Assembly: GCA_036395115.1 (NCBI GenBank)
Contig: DASWDU010000039.1
Location: 2-64,001, forward strand
Length of the DNA stretch: 64,000 bases
DNA from: Thermoplasmata archaeon
Lineage (GTDB): Archaea; Thermoplasmatota; Thermoplasmata; RBG-16-68-12
Direction: 5' to 3'
The notes under the pieces were generated by a model that saw only the letters and a list, made by a program, of their open reading frames with translations, was not told where the DNA came from and made no database searches. Made by a program: the position numbers and the translations under genes. Below are positions 27,005-37,257 of the stretch, piece after piece (the first letter of the stretch is position 1; each line of letters begins with the position of its first letter).

Positions 27005-27636
27005 CGCACCACCGAGTACTCGAGCAAGATGCCATCCCCCAGCCCCTCCGACCGGTCGAGCACCAGCCGGATCGATTCCGAGAGCGAGGCGGCGCCCTCG
27101 CCGCCGGCGAGGGTCGGGGCGGAGCGCCCGCCGAGCACCAAGCTCCCGACGAAGACCTTGAGCTCGTCCACAAGGCCTCCCCGGAGGAACGACCAGATCA
27201 CCGTGCTCCCTCCTTCGACCAAGACGGTGCGGATCCCCCGGCCGCCGAGTCGGTCCAGCAGGAGCTGGACGTCCACGGCATCGTTCCCGCATCGGAGGAC
27301 TTCGGCATGGGCGAACGTCCGAGCGCATCCCTCGGACGTCACGATGAGCGTGGGGGCCCGCCCATCGAGGACGCGGGCGCCATCCGGCGTGCGGCCGTTC
27401 GAATCGAGGACGATCCGCAGTGGGAGGTGATCCGCCGCGATATCGCCCTTGACGGTGAGCTTGGGGTCGTCCGCCAGGACCGTCCCCACCCCGACGAGAA
27501 TCGCGTCGACCCGAGCCCGGAGACGCTGCACCCGTTGCACATCTTCCTCGTTGCTCAGGCGCGCCCGCCCGCCGTCTCGGAAAGCGATCTTCCCATCGAC
27601 GCTCATCGCCGCGTTGACGATCACGCGAGGCCGCAC
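27001..27636 (-). CDS. 2,5-diamino-6-ribosylamino-4(3H)-pyrimidinone 5'-phosphate reductase (RibD C-terminal/ArfC type)
   Basis: VIVNAAMSVDGKIA...LRARVDAILVGVGTVLADDP...RTVLVEGGSTV is the DHFR-like riboflavin reductase pattern. Confidence 0.75.
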   Translation of the reverse strand: MRPRVIVNAAMSVDGKIAFRDGGRARLSNEEDVQRVQRLRARVDAILVGVGTVLADDPKLTVKGDIAADHLPLRIVLDSNGRTPDGARVLDGRAPTLIVTSEGCARTFAHAEVLRCGNDAVDVQLLLDRLGGRGIRTVLVEGGSTVIWSFLRGGLVDELKVFVGSLVLGGRSAPTLAGGEGAASLSESIRLVLDRSEGLGDGILLEYSVVR

Positions 27637-27720
27637 GACGGGACCGAAGGAGGGGAATCATAACAACTTTGCGGGCGCGAATGGAATCTTCTTTTACCGG
27701 GGCCATCTTCCTCCGGCGCG

Positions 27721-28146
27721 GTGGTACGGACGAAGGCCCATCTCGAGCACGAAGACGACATGCGGTTCCGCGCGAGCGCGGACGGGGGCGCGGAAATCCG
27801 CTTCGACGCGGGAGAGGCGGCGACCCGCCGCGGACCGAGCCCGATGCAAGGTGCGCTCCTGTCAGCGATGGCGTGTACCGCGTCGGACGTCGTCGACATC
27901 CTTCGGAAGGAGCGCGTCGCGTTCACGTCGCTGGAAATCGAAGCCGATGCAGAGCGGGCGAAAGATCCGCCGCGCGTGTTCACGAAGATCCATCTCCATT
28001 ACCGGATTCGAGGGAACGGCATCCGAGAGTCCGCGGTCGCGCGAGCGATCGAGCTCTCGTCCGAGAAGTACTGCTCCGTGGGCGTGATGCTCCGGCGGGG
28101 GGGCGTCGAGTTCGTCAACACACACGAAATCCTCCCTACCGGATGA
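27721..28146 (+). CDS. OsmC/Ohr family protein
   Basis: SAMACTASDVVDILRKERV ... SSEKYCSVGVML are the two conserved Cys regions of OsmC. Confidence 0.75.
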   Translation: MVRTKAHLEHEDDMRFRASADGGAEIRFDAGEAATRRGPSPMQGALLSAMACTASDVVDILRKERVAFTSLEIEADAERAKDPPRVFTKIHLHYRIRGNGIRESAVARAIELSSEKYCSVGVMLRRGGVEFVNTHEILPTG

Positions 28147-28215
28147 CGTGTTCTCAGCGCGGGGACTCGTGCCGGGTATCTTTAAGTAACCTATCCGGGA
28201 TGGACCGCGGCGCCC

Positions 28216-28977
28216 ATGGAAGGCATCCAGATTTACGAGCTGAAACGGATGGACCTTCGCGGTGCGACCGTGATCGACGGGTTCCCGAGTGTGGGACTCG
28301 TGAGCTCGATTGTGGCAAACTACCTGATCAACGCCCTCAACCTCACGCAGATCGGGATCATGGACTCGATCTACTTCCCGACCGTCGCCCTCGTCCGAGA
28401 CGGGCAGCCGATGAACCCCGTCCGGATCTATGCGGGTTCGAAGATCGACGAGCGGGACCAGCTCGTGGTGTTCATCTCCGAATTCCAGCCGCCGCCGAAC
28501 CTGATCAAGGCGATCGCGGCGACCGTCCTCGACTGGGCGCAGGACGCGCGGTGCAACCTGCTCGTGTGCCCGGAGGGACTGATCGTCGATACGAAGGAGG
28601 AGGAAGCGGACCGCTCCGTCGAAGTCTACGGGATCGGGTCGACGGACAAGGCGATGGACATGATCCGCAAGAACAACATCACGGTCTTCGAGGAGGGCGT
28701 CATCACGGGGGTCGCCGGGGTCCTCCTGAACGAGGGCCGGAAGCGCGATTTCGACGTGATCACGCTCCTGAGCGAAGCCCATCCGGATTACCCGGACGCT
28801 CGCGCGGCCGCGCGGGCAATCGAGGTCATCGACAAGCTGCTCCTGCACACGGAGCTCGATGCGCGCCCGCTCTATGAGGAGGCCGAGCGGATCGAGATGC
28901 AGCTCAAGAACATCCACCACCAGACGGAAGTCGCCAAGAAGCCCAGCGAGCCGCCGCGACCGAGCATGTACGGTTAG
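28216..28977 (+). CDS. Proteasome assembly chaperone family protein (PAC2/PbaA-like)
   Basis: 253 aa. VIDGFPSVGLVSSIVANYLI, with a C-terminal acidic/hydrophobic tail, is typical of archaeal PAC2. Confidence 0.7.
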   Translation: MEGIQIYELKRMDLRGATVIDGFPSVGLVSSIVANYLINALNLTQIGIMDSIYFPTVALVRDGQPMNPVRIYAGSKIDERDQLVVFISEFQPPPNLIKAIAATVLDWAQDARCNLLVCPEGLIVDTKEEEADRSVEVYGIGSTDKAMDMIRKNNITVFEEGVITGVAGVLLNEGRKRDFDVITLLSEAHPDYPDARAAARAIEVIDKLLLHTELDARPLYEEAERIEMQLKNIHHQTEVAKKPSEPPRPSMYG

Positions 28978-30008
28978 CGATTGGGCTCGACGGACACCTT
29001 TCGCAGGGCGCCCACCGACGCAAATTCGATCTTGCACGGGATGAACTGGGGTAAGAGCCACGCGATGGTCTCGAGGTGGCCGGAGACGTCCCGCACGAGG
29101 AAGCGGGAGGGTCCGTCCGCGCGAGCGAGATACGCGAGGAGCTGGTCCGCCGCGTGGACGTCAAGCGTGGCCCCCGACTCCATCTCCGCAACGAGGGCGG
29201 TCGCCCCTTCCTCTCCCACCCGCTCGGAGCTCTTGCCCCGTTCCGCGAGCGAGTCCGCGCCAAGGACCGTTGGACCGGCATCGGCACAGAGGACGAGCGC
29301 TCCGCCTTGTCCGACGGCCTCGACGCCGTGATACACCCGTTCCTCGATCTTGACGTCGGGCACGACACGGAGCCGCCGCATCGCGGCGCGCTTCATGCGC
29401 TTCGGGATATCCTCGGCGAGATTCGAGACGTGCGCGATGCCTCGGACCGACTGGATGACGGGGGGCGAGGTGAGATCGAACGGAGTCCAGATCCGAGTCG
29501 GCTCAATCACAACTTCGACCGTGCCGCCCCCGCGCGGGTAGTACCCGCGTCGGAGGACTTCGATTTCGGCGCGTCCGCCGAGCCGCCGCAAGAGCGGCAG
29601 GAACACGCGCGCAAAATAGTCGACCGGCGGAGACCATCGAACGTCAGTCCCGCCCAGGATTCGTAGACGGACCGTCTCGGGGGCCGCCGCTGCCACGGGG
29701 AGGCATGCCTGCAGGACGAGGGTCACACTCCCCGCCGTACCGACGTCGAACGTGTGGCGGCCGCCGGCCAGGTCTCCGGGCCGAAACGCGATCTCCTTCG
29801 ATCCCACCGTGAGGCCGTCGATTTCGCCGTTGCAGAGCGTCGCCACCGCCTTCAGCGCCGCGACGTGCTGCGGCGCGAGGCCCGGCGTCGGCCGACCCGC
29901 TCGAATCCGCGCGACCCGCACGGGCATAGACTGCGTCGCGCCGAGGGCGACCGCCATTCGGAGGACTTGTCCGCCGCCCTCCCCATGGGCGCCGTCGATC
30001 TCGATCAT
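28974..30008 (-). CDS. rtcA: RNA 3'-terminal phosphate cyclase
   Basis: IEIDGAHGEGGGQVLRMAVALGATQ is the RtcA N-terminal signature. Start taken as the internal Met at MIEIDGAHG within ORF 28974-30851, 344 aa. Confidence 0.85.
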   Translation of the reverse strand: MIEIDGAHGEGGGQVLRMAVALGATQSMPVRVARIRAGRPTPGLAPQHVAALKAVATLCNGEIDGLTVGSKEIAFRPGDLAGGRHTFDVGTAGSVTLVLQACLPVAAAAPETVRLRILGGTDVRWSPPVDYFARVFLPLLRRLGGRAEIEVLRRGYYPRGGGTVEVVIEPTRIWTPFDLTSPPVIQSVRGIAHVSNLAEDIPKRMKRAAMRRLRVVPDVKIEERVYHGVEAVGQGGALVLCADAGPTVLGADSLAERGKSSERVGEEGATALVAEMESGATLDVHAADQLLAYLARADGPSRFLVRDVSGHLETIAWLLPQFIPCKIEFASVGALRKVSVEPNR

Positions 30009-32860
30009 CGCGGCGACGACCTGGACCACCGGCTCCGTGCGACCTTCAGGGCTTCGACGAAGGCGAAGGCCGTGAGGGAGATGAGGATCGTCCGCGCCCA
30101 ATCCCACGCCGTCAGGGGCTCCGTGCCGAACGGCCCTTGTAGGAATGGCGTATAGATCACCAGGGCCTGCAACGCCATCGACGCGAGGACGGCCACGATG
30201 AGCTTCGTGTTCGTGAACAGGCCGATGGACCACAAGGTCTGACGGGGGGACCGCATCGCGAAGACGAGGAAGAGCTCGAAGAACACGATGGTCGTGAAGG
30301 CGACCGTCCGGGCCCGAGTGACGTCCGCTCCGTCGTTGAGTTCGAGGAAGAAGATCCCCAAGGTGCCCACCGTGAGGATCCCCGCGACGACGAAGATCAG
30401 GAAGAGGATGTCCCGAGACAACACGCCCTCCCTCGGATTGCGAGGCGGCCGATCCATAATGTCGGTCGGATATGGATCCACTCCGAGTGCGAGCGCCGGC
30501 AGGCCGTCCGTGACCAAGTTGATCCACAGAAGCTGCACCGGCGCGAAGAACGGCAGGAAGCGGAGGTCCAGCAAGGCGAGGGTCGCGATGAACATGATGA
30601 GGACCTCGCCGGCGTTCGCGGACAGCAGATAGGCGACGAACTTGCGGATGTTCTCGTAGATGCCTCGGCCTTCCTCGATCGCCGCGACGATCGACGCGAA
30701 GTTGTCGTCCGTCAGGACCATGTCCGCGCTCTCCTTCGCGACGTCCGTCCCCGTGATGCCCATCGCGACCCCGAGGTCCGATCGCTTGAGGGCCGGCGCA
30801 TCGTTGACGCCATCGCCCGTCATCGCGACGATGTGCCCGGCCTTCTTCCACGCGTCCACGATCCGCATCTTGTGCTCGGGCGACACTCGGGCGTACACGC
30901 GAATCCGGTCCACGTCTCGCACGAGCTCCTCGTCGGGAATCCGCTCGAGTTCCTCGCCCGTCAGGGCGCGATCTCCCTCCCGGAGGATCCCCATCTCCCG
31001 CGCGACGGCCATCGCCGTGAGCTTGTGGTCCCCCGTGATCATGGCGACGCGGACCCCCGCCTTGTTACACCGCTTGATCGCTTCAATCGCGTCCGCTCGC
31101 GGGGCGTCCATCATCCCCGCCAGGCCGAGGAAGGTGAGGTCCGTCTCGAGGTCCTCTTCGTGCAGCGGCGGGACTTCTCCGGAAAATTCGCGGACCGCGA
31201 AGCCGAGGACTCGGAACGCGCGCGTGGCCAACTCCTGGTTCCGGAACAGATACTGCTTGCGGTCGTACTCGGTCAGCGGCTTGCGCTCCCCATCGACGAG
31301 ATGGTATCCGCACGCCGCAAGGATTCGCTCGGGCGCCCCCTTGACGTGTAAGTACGCCCCTGCGCCGCCGAGACTTCGGTGCCGCTCCCCTTCGGGGACC
31401 GCGAGCACCTGCTGCAAATCGGGCTCCGACAGATATGCGTGAAGGGTCGACATTTTCTTCCGTTCCGACGTGAAGGCGATCTCCGCGACGCGCGGCATCT
31501 CGGACCGGATCGAATCCGGATCGAGGCCGGCGCGGACCGCGGCCACGAGGAGCGCGCCCTCCGTCGGGTCGCCCGCGACGATCCACCGATCCTTGTCCTT
31601 CTTCAGTTCCGCATCGTTGCACAACACCCCGCATTCGAGCAATCGGCGGAGATCCGGGTGGGCCGAGAGGGCCGCCTTCTTGCCATCGGCGCGGACGTCC
31701 CCGGATGGGTCGAACCCCTCGCCGCGCACTTCGTACTCCCGCGAGCCGGCGACGAGGAGCCGGACGTTCATCTCCCCCTTCGTCAGCGTGCCGGTCTTGT
31801 CGGAGCAGATGACGGACGCCGCGCCGAGCGCCTCCACGGCAGGCAGCCTCCGGATTAACGCGTGACGCCGGATCATCCGTTGGAGCCCGAGCGCGAGGCT
31901 GATCGTCACGATCGCCGGGAGGCCTTCCGGGATTGCGGCGACCGACAATCCGACGGCCGTGAGGAAGAGCAGCTCGATGTGGTTCACGTCCAGCTCACCG
32001 AGTTCGCGGAGCGCCCCGATCAGGAAGATGGAGGCGGCGGCGATCAGAATCGCAATCCCGATCTGCCTGCCGAGCCGGTCGAGCTGTTTCTGGAGCGGCG
32101 TCTCTTCTTTCGTCTCCCGTTGCACGAGGCCCGCGATCTTCCCGAGCTCGGTCCCCATCGCGGTCTCGACCACGACGGCCTTGCCGCGTCCCCCGTCGAC
32201 CGCGGTCCCCATGAACACCATGTTCTTGCGGTCTCCGAGGAACGTGTCCTGGGGCAGCAGGCCCACCGACTTGCTCACCGGCGTGGATTCGCCCGTGAGG
32301 GATGCTTCGTTGACGCGGAGGCTCGCGACTTCGAGGAGCCGCGCGTCGGCGGGCACGCGGTCGCCCGCGGCCAAGACCACCACCTCGCCCGGGACCAACT
32401 CCCGCGAGGGCACTGCGACGGTCTCTCCTTCTCGGAGGACATGGGCCCTCGGGGCCGCGAGGCTCTTCAACGCCTCAAGAGAACGCTCCGCGCGGTACTC
32501 CTGGCGGAATCCGAGGATGGCGTTCATGATCACGATCGCGATGATGAGTACCGCGTCGTAGAGGTCCGAGGTCTCGTCTTGCAGAAGCCCGAGGACCGCG
32601 GAAATGACCGCGGCGATGATCAGAACGACCACGAGGACGTCCGTGAACTGGCTCACGAGAATACGGAGCGGACTGATCCGTGCCGTCTGAACGAGCTCGT
32701 TAGGTCCGACGCGTGCGAGCCGCTCGGCGGCCTCGTGGCTCGTGAGACCGAGGGGGGAGGCGTCCAACCGCTGGAGGACGGCTTCCGCCCCGAGGGCGTG
32801 CCAGTCGTCCGCCATCGCGCGCGGAACATTCGCACTCGTAATAAACCTCTTCTCGGACAA
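30005..32860 (-). CDS. Cation-transporting P-type ATPase (P2-type, SERCA/PMCA-like)
   Basis: CSDKTGTLT, TGDHKLTA and MTGDGVNDAPAL are present; 951 aa with 10 TM helices. Its stop overlaps the rtcA start (ATGA). Confidence 0.9.
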   Translation of the reverse strand: MSEKRFITSANVPRAMADDWHALGAEAVLQRLDASPLGLTSHEAAERLARVGPNELVQTARISPLRILVSQFTDVLVVVLIIAAVISAVLGLLQDETSDLYDAVLIIAIVIMNAILGFRQEYRAERSLEALKSLAAPRAHVLREGETVAVPSRELVPGEVVVLAAGDRVPADARLLEVASLRVNEASLTGESTPVSKSVGLLPQDTFLGDRKNMVFMGTAVDGGRGKAVVVETAMGTELGKIAGLVQRETKEETPLQKQLDRLGRQIGIAILIAAASIFLIGALRELGELDVNHIELLFLTAVGLSVAAIPEGLPAIVTISLALGLQRMIRRHALIRRLPAVEALGAASVICSDKTGTLTKGEMNVRLLVAGSREYEVRGEGFDPSGDVRADGKKAALSAHPDLRRLLECGVLCNDAELKKDKDRWIVAGDPTEGALLVAAVRAGLDPDSIRSEMPRVAEIAFTSERKKMSTLHAYLSEPDLQQVLAVPEGERHRSLGGAGAYLHVKGAPERILAACGYHLVDGERKPLTEYDRKQYLFRNQELATRAFRVLGFAVREFSGEVPPLHEEDLETDLTFLGLAGMMDAPRADAIEAIKRCNKAGVRVAMITGDHKLTAMAVAREMGILREGDRALTGEELERIPDEELVRDVDRIRVYARVSPEHKMRIVDAWKKAGHIVAMTGDGVNDAPALKRSDLGVAMGITGTDVAKESADMVLTDDNFASIVAAIEEGRGIYENIRKFVAYLLSANAGEVLIMFIATLALLDLRFLPFFAPVQLLWINLVTDGLPALALGVDPYPTDIMDRPPRNPREGVLSRDILFLIFVVAGILTVGTLGIFFLELNDGADVTRARTVAFTTIVFFELFLVFAMRSPRQTLWSIGLFTNTKLIVAVLASMALQALVIYTPFLQGPFGTEPLTAWDWARTILISLTAFAFVEALKVARSRWSRSSPR

Positions 32861-33015
32861 CCCTCAGACCACATCGAGTCGTCCGACCCCGTCGCCTTGA
32901 CAGCAGCTATTAGTAGCCTGGGCCCGATCCGGCGGTCGGGATGGGAACTTCGGTTCTCGGGCGACGGACGTCAGCGTGGACGCTCGCACGGCCCGCATCT
33001 TGCGGAGGATGAGGC

Positions 33016-34776
33016 GTGGTCGAGACCGCGTCGATCATGTTCGACATCGGGGTCATCGCGACCGTTGGGTTCCTCGGCGCGGCGCTCGCGTCGCGAGCCC
33101 GCGTGCCCGTGGTCATCGGCTACATCATCGCCGGCATCCTGATTGGGCCCAACATCCACCTCCGCGTCTTCGGATGGTCCTACGACGGCGTCTTGGGAGA
33201 CAGCACCTTCCTCCAGAACATCTCCCAGATCGGGCTCGTGCTCCTCCTCTTCTTCGTCGGGCTCGAGTTCAGCATCACGAAGCTGATGAAGACCAAGGAG
33301 GCCGCCGCGATCCTCGCGGTCACGAACCTCGCCGTGAACATGTTCGCGGGTTTCGTCATCGGGGCGTGGCTCGGATGGCCCCTGATCGACACGATCTTCA
33401 TGGCGGGGGTCGTCAGCATGTCGAGCTCCGCGATCACGGCGAAGTCGCTGATCGACCTCAAGCGCCTCGGCAACAAGGAGACGGAATTCCTCCTCGGAAT
33501 GGTCATCCTCGAGTCGTTCCTGTCCATGTTCCTCCTGACGATCGTCAACGGGATGATCGTGCCCTCGGAGACGCCGGTGAACGTGCCCGCGCTGTTCGCG
33601 GGGGTGGGCATCTTCATCGGGTTCTTCGCGCTGCTCGCAGCGGTCGTCGTGCCGCGGACGGCCGCGCTCTTCGCGCGGATCCGGAGCGAGGAGCTGTTCG
33701 TCCTCTTCGCCCTCGGCACGGTGTTCCTCGCCGGCGCCTTGGCGGAGGCGTTCCGCATCCCCGCCATCGTGGGCGCGTTCTTCATGGGCATGGTTTTCGC
33801 CGACACCCGGATCGCGGGCCGGATGAAGGTCAAGATGGAGTCGATCCGTGACGCGTTCGTCGCGATCTTCTTCCTGAGTTTCGGCATGCTGATCGACCCC
33901 GGATCGCTCGGATCCGTCTTGCCGATGCTCGTCATCGCGGTCCCGCTCATCCTGCTGAACGACCTCTTCCTCACGGCATCTCTCGCCTATTTCATCGGTT
34001 TTTCCGGGCGCGCCTCGACCGCGATCGGCACGAGCCTCGTGGCCCGGAACGAGGAGGCGATCCTCTACGCGACGGTGGGGGCCCGCGCAATCCGGGCGAA
34101 CGGCCAGCTGCCGAACGACTACGCCGGTCGATACCTGACGCCATTCGCGGGAATCCTCTGCATCGTGATGAGTTCCCTCGCTCCCATGCTCATGATCCGA
34201 TCGGACCGAATCGCGGACTTCTTCACGCGGCGTCTGCCGAAGTCGATCACGTTCGGCGCGGAACTCGTCAAGAGGACTCTGAAGACCGTCATCATGCCCA
34301 ACTTCCTTCCGATCTACCGACGGAAGCGGCTTTTCCAGGCGTCGATCATCGTGTACGCCGCATGGATCATCGACCTGACCGTGACGACCGGCATGGCGCA
34401 CCTGGCGATGTCGATCTTCACGCCGGTCCTCGTGTTCGCGGTGTGGGCCTCGACGCGGCACGCCTTCCGCGATCCCGTGCGGCACACGAACTACGGGGTG
34501 GACGGAGGGCCGTTCAGCCGATCCGCGATCGAGGCGTTCGTCCTCCGAATCGTGGTCGGGGCGCTCGCAGTCGTCGGGCTCGTCGCAATCCTGTGGCAGT
34601 ACTACTGGCCGTCGACTCTTCTCATCTTGTATGCATACTTCCTCGTCGTCATATTCAGCATGAAAGTGGTGTACCGGCGCCTCGGGCTCGGAGTCGGCCG
34701 TCGACCAGCCCCGGTTCGACTCGTGCGACGCATGCCACCGTCGCGGAGCTGGCGGGCTGCGAGCGGCCGCCGTTGA
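33016..34776 (+). CDS. Cation:proton antiporter (CPA family) with an extra C-terminal TM extension
   Basis: 586 aa, Na+/H+ exchanger-type helices. The start may be the downstream Met at MFDIGVIATVG. Confidence 0.75.
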   Translation: MVETASIMFDIGVIATVGFLGAALASRARVPVVIGYIIAGILIGPNIHLRVFGWSYDGVLGDSTFLQNISQIGLVLLLFFVGLEFSITKLMKTKEAAAILAVTNLAVNMFAGFVIGAWLGWPLIDTIFMAGVVSMSSSAITAKSLIDLKRLGNKETEFLLGMVILESFLSMFLLTIVNGMIVPSETPVNVPALFAGVGIFIGFFALLAAVVVPRTAALFARIRSEELFVLFALGTVFLAGALAEAFRIPAIVGAFFMGMVFADTRIAGRMKVKMESIRDAFVAIFFLSFGMLIDPGSLGSVLPMLVIAVPLILLNDLFLTASLAYFIGFSGRASTAIGTSLVARNEEAILYATVGARAIRANGQLPNDYAGRYLTPFAGILCIVMSSLAPMLMIRSDRIADFFTRRLPKSITFGAELVKRTLKTVIMPNFLPIYRRKRLFQASIIVYAAWIIDLTVTTGMAHLAMSIFTPVLVFAVWASTRHAFRDPVRHTNYGVDGGPFSRSAIEAFVLRIVVGALAVVGLVAILWQYYWPSTLLILYAYFLVVIFSMKVVYRRLGLGVGRRPAPVRLVRRMPPSRSWRAASGRR

Positions 34777-34777
34777 G

Positions 34778-35467
34778 TCAGACGATCGGATACGTCAGGT
34801 CACGGATCCAGGTCTCGTCCCCGATCGTCGTCTCGGGTCCGTGCCCGGGAAAGACGCGCGTCTCCGGCGGCAGCTCCTTGAGCCTCCGCAGGCTGAAGAC
34901 CATTTTCGCCGGGCTCCCCCCGAAGACGTCGGTGCGGCCGCAGGAGCCGGCGTAGAGCGTGTCGCCCGTGAACAGGAGGCCCGCCGACTCGAAGTAGAAG
35001 CACGCGGCGCCTTCCGTGTGTCCCGGCGTGTGGAGGGTGCGGATCGCAACGTCACCGAGTTTGAGTTCAGATCCTTCCTTCAACAGAAGGTCGGCTTTGA
35101 TGGGAGGAGGCGGCGCGGGGAGGAACCAACGCGTCTCGCGGGCGTTCTTCTCGAGGCGCGGGGCGTCGACCTCGAAGATCGCGATCTTCGCGCCCGTGGC
35201 GGTTCGGATCGATGCGTCGTCCGCGGTCGCGTCCATGTGGCCATGCGTGTTCAGGATGAAGACGATCTTTGCGTCGAGTTCGGCCGCCTTCGCCAGGATC
35301 TGATTGCCACCGAGCGCCGGGTCGACCACCGCGGCCTGCTTGCTCTTCTCGTCCACGAGGAGGTACGCGTTGTTGTCGAGCGGGGCTGAGACGACCTTCT
35401 CGACGAGCATGGCACGCGGGGCAACCCGAGGAGCTTTCATAAACTTGCCGCAAGATTTGGAGTGCAA
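34778..35467 (-). CDS. MBL-fold metallo-hydrolase (hydroxyacylglutathione hydrolase-like)
   Basis: HTHGHMD ... HTPGHT ... FTGDTLY ... HGP are the beta-lactamase-fold metal ligands. Confidence 0.75.
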   Translation of the reverse strand: MHSKSCGKFMKAPRVAPRAMLVEKVVSAPLDNNAYLLVDEKSKQAAVVDPALGGNQILAKAAELDAKIVFILNTHGHMDATADDASIRTATGAKIAIFEVDAPRLEKNARETRWFLPAPPPPIKADLLLKEGSELKLGDVAIRTLHTPGHTEGAACFYFESAGLLFTGDTLYAGSCGRTDVFGGSPAKMVFSLRRLKELPPETRVFPGHGPETTIGDETWIRDLTYPIV

Positions 35468-35701
35468 ATCGATCCGGAGATGGCGTGCCGGACTCGCCCC
35501 GTCGAGCGCAGCCTTAAGCCGGTCCGGGACATCGAGGCTTCGATGACGGTCGGCGGCCTCAACTTCAGCTGTCCCAAGTGCAATAACCCGCTGTTCTTCA
35601 CATTCCGCTTGTCGGATCAGGGAGATTCAATGACGCGCGAGATCAATTGTCCCGGCTGTCGGACCGCTTGGCAAGTCGGGCTCGACATCCATCCGAAGTG
35701 A
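35462..35701 (+). CDS. Small zinc-ribbon protein (CPKC...CPGC)
   Basis: 79-aa ORF with two CxxC pairs about 30 aa apart. Confidence 0.35.
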   Translation: MQIDPEMACRTRPVERSLKPVRDIEASMTVGGLNFSCPKCNNPLFFTFRLSDQGDSMTREINCPGCRTAWQVGLDIHPK

Positions 35702-35760
35702 GATCTCGGTCTCGCGCGGAAGCGCCATGACCCGCTCCGATCGATCCGAAAACGGCGGAG

Positions 35761-35831
35761 TGCGGGGCGCGGGAATCGAACCCGCGTTAGAAGCTTGGGA
35801 AGCTTCTGTCCTACCATTAGACTAGCCCCGC
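35761..35831 (-). tRNA. tRNA-Gly (anticodon CCC)
   Basis: Cloverleaf folded by hand: GCGGGGC acceptor stem, D arm GTCT/AATGGTA/GGAC, anticodon stem GAAGC with loop TTCCCAA, 4-nt variable loop, T arm GCGGG/TTCGATT/CCCGC, discriminator A. No encoded CCA. Coordinates are good to about 1 nt. Confidence 0.8.
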
Positions 35832-35855
35832 TGACGTTCGTTGAGAGTTGTGCGG

Positions 35856-35868
35856 AGGTATTTTTCGG
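35856..35868 (-). promoter_or_regulatory. Putative archaeal TATA box (GAAAAATAC) about 30 nt upstream of tRNA-Gly
   Basis: An AT-rich hexamer in otherwise GC-rich DNA, at the right distance from the mature tRNA 5' end. Confidence 0.35.
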
Positions 35869-35873
35869 TTTGG

Positions 35874-36527
35874 CTAGGACCCCAGCCCCGTGACCGAAAG
35901 GTACGCCCACGCAAACGCAAGGAGTAGGACGACGACCCCGAGTTCTGCCCGCAGGAGCGCGTGAAGAAAACCGCGTCCGCGCAGGTCGGTGACGCGATTG
36001 GAGATGGACAATCCGACCGGAATCGCAACCACACCGAGGCAGAAGACCAACAATCGGAAGACAGCCTCGTTAACAGCCGCCTCGGTCATCGATCCACCGG
36101 CGAGAGCACCTCGGATCGTTCCGAAAATCAAGAACACTAGGATCAGGGCGAAAAGGGCCGCGAGTTCGGGAATGACGAGGAGCGGTTGGACTCGGCCAAA
36201 CTCCGAGCCAGTGTATTGCTGCCACCGCCGCGCCGCCACGAGCGATTGCGTGCCCACGGTCACCACCGCCGTCCACGCGAAGGCGATGCCACACCACGTT
36301 CGAAGTCGATCGTACAGCGCGACCTGCGAACCCGATTGGGAGCCGATGTCGCCCGCCAAGCCGAGGTCCAACATCCAAAGTACGAAGCCGTACACAACGG
36401 GAGTCGCGAGGATGCCGGCAAACACGGCGAAGCGGCTTCGCGATATCCAATTACTCTGCATGGGAGCCGCCGTCGGCGCCATCGCAACGGTCGATCGAAC
36501 CGCGACGAGGCAAACGAGGAATGCCAT
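35874..36527 (-). CDS. Hypothetical polytopic membrane protein
   Basis: 217 aa with 5-6 TM helices. Confidence 0.4.
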   Translation of the reverse strand: MAFLVCLVAVRSTVAMAPTAAPMQSNWISRSRFAVFAGILATPVVYGFVLWMLDLGLAGDIGSQSGSQVALYDRLRTWCGIAFAWTAVVTVGTQSLVAARRWQQYTGSEFGRVQPLLVIPELAALFALILVFLIFGTIRGALAGGSMTEAAVNEAVFRLLVFCLGVVAIPVGLSISNRVTDLRGRGFLHALLRAELGVVVLLLAFAWAYLSVTGLGS

Positions 36528-36600
36528 CGCGGGAACCGCGATGAAGAGCAGGGTCGTCTCGAAGGCCGTGACCGAGCATCGGAGGCGCGCCGGATGAAGC

Positions 36601-36855
36601 TTACCGGACCGTCTCGAGCTGCGATATCACGTTCCAGATCAGCGTCCGGCCGTGGAGCGGGATGTTCGGATCGTTCGCGAGATCGTCCATGATCATGATC
36701 GCACTCGTTACGCGCAAGTCGAGGGCCTCGTTCTTCTTCGCGAGCCGAGCTTTCGCCTCGGAGGCACCGCGTCGGATGTTCCTAGGGACGGACGTGTCCT
36801 CCGCGATCTGATCGAGGACGTCCATGATTTGCTTCAGCTTCGCCTCGGTGTCCAT
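36601..36855 (-). CDS. Small conserved archaeal helical protein (UPF0147-like)
   Basis: 84 aa. The size, the helical pattern and IPRNIRRGA...MIMDDLANDPN resemble the UPF0147 family. Confidence 0.45.
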   Translation of the reverse strand: MDTEAKLKQIMDVLDQIAEDTSVPRNIRRGASEAKARLAKKNEALDLRVTSAIMIMDDLANDPNIPLHGRTLIWNVISQLETVR

Positions 36856-36885
36856 CTGACCATCTCGCGGTTGTGAGCGTCGTCC

Positions 36886-37209
36886 TCAACTTGGTGCCCT
36901 CGGCAGTCCCGCTTCCTTGTAGGTCGTGACGACCATCAAGGTCTTCGTGTCCTTGATCCCTGAAATCGGAGCGAGGCTCGAAAGCACGAAATCTTTCAGC
37001 CCCTTGTAGTTCTTGAAACGGGCCTTCGCGATGATGTCCGTGTCGCCCGTGACCAGGAAGACGTCCTGGATCACCTCGAACCTCGAGATCTCCGTCGCGA
37101 TGCGGTCCGCCTCTTTCGTGTCGACCTTGAGCGTGATGACGGCGGCGACCTGGTCCTCGCCGTAGAGGGCGGTGAGGGCTTGCTCCATGTCGCTTCCTAT
37201 CGCCATCAT
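36886..37209 (-). CDS. Stand-alone RAM domain protein (Lrp/AsnC C-terminal domain)
   Basis: AAVITLKVDTKEADRIATEISRFEVIQDVFLVTGDTDIIAKARFKNYKGLKDFV is the ligand-binding fold of Lrp. Second copy in the window. Confidence 0.55.
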   Translation of the reverse strand: MMAIGSDMEQALTALYGEDQVAAVITLKVDTKEADRIATEISRFEVIQDVFLVTGDTDIIAKARFKNYKGLKDFVLSSLAPISGIKDTKTLMVVTTYKEAGLPRAPS

Positions 37210-37257
37210 CTGAGGGATGGCGGGCCTCGGTAATTAAAGTTTATCCGCTCGTTCCTT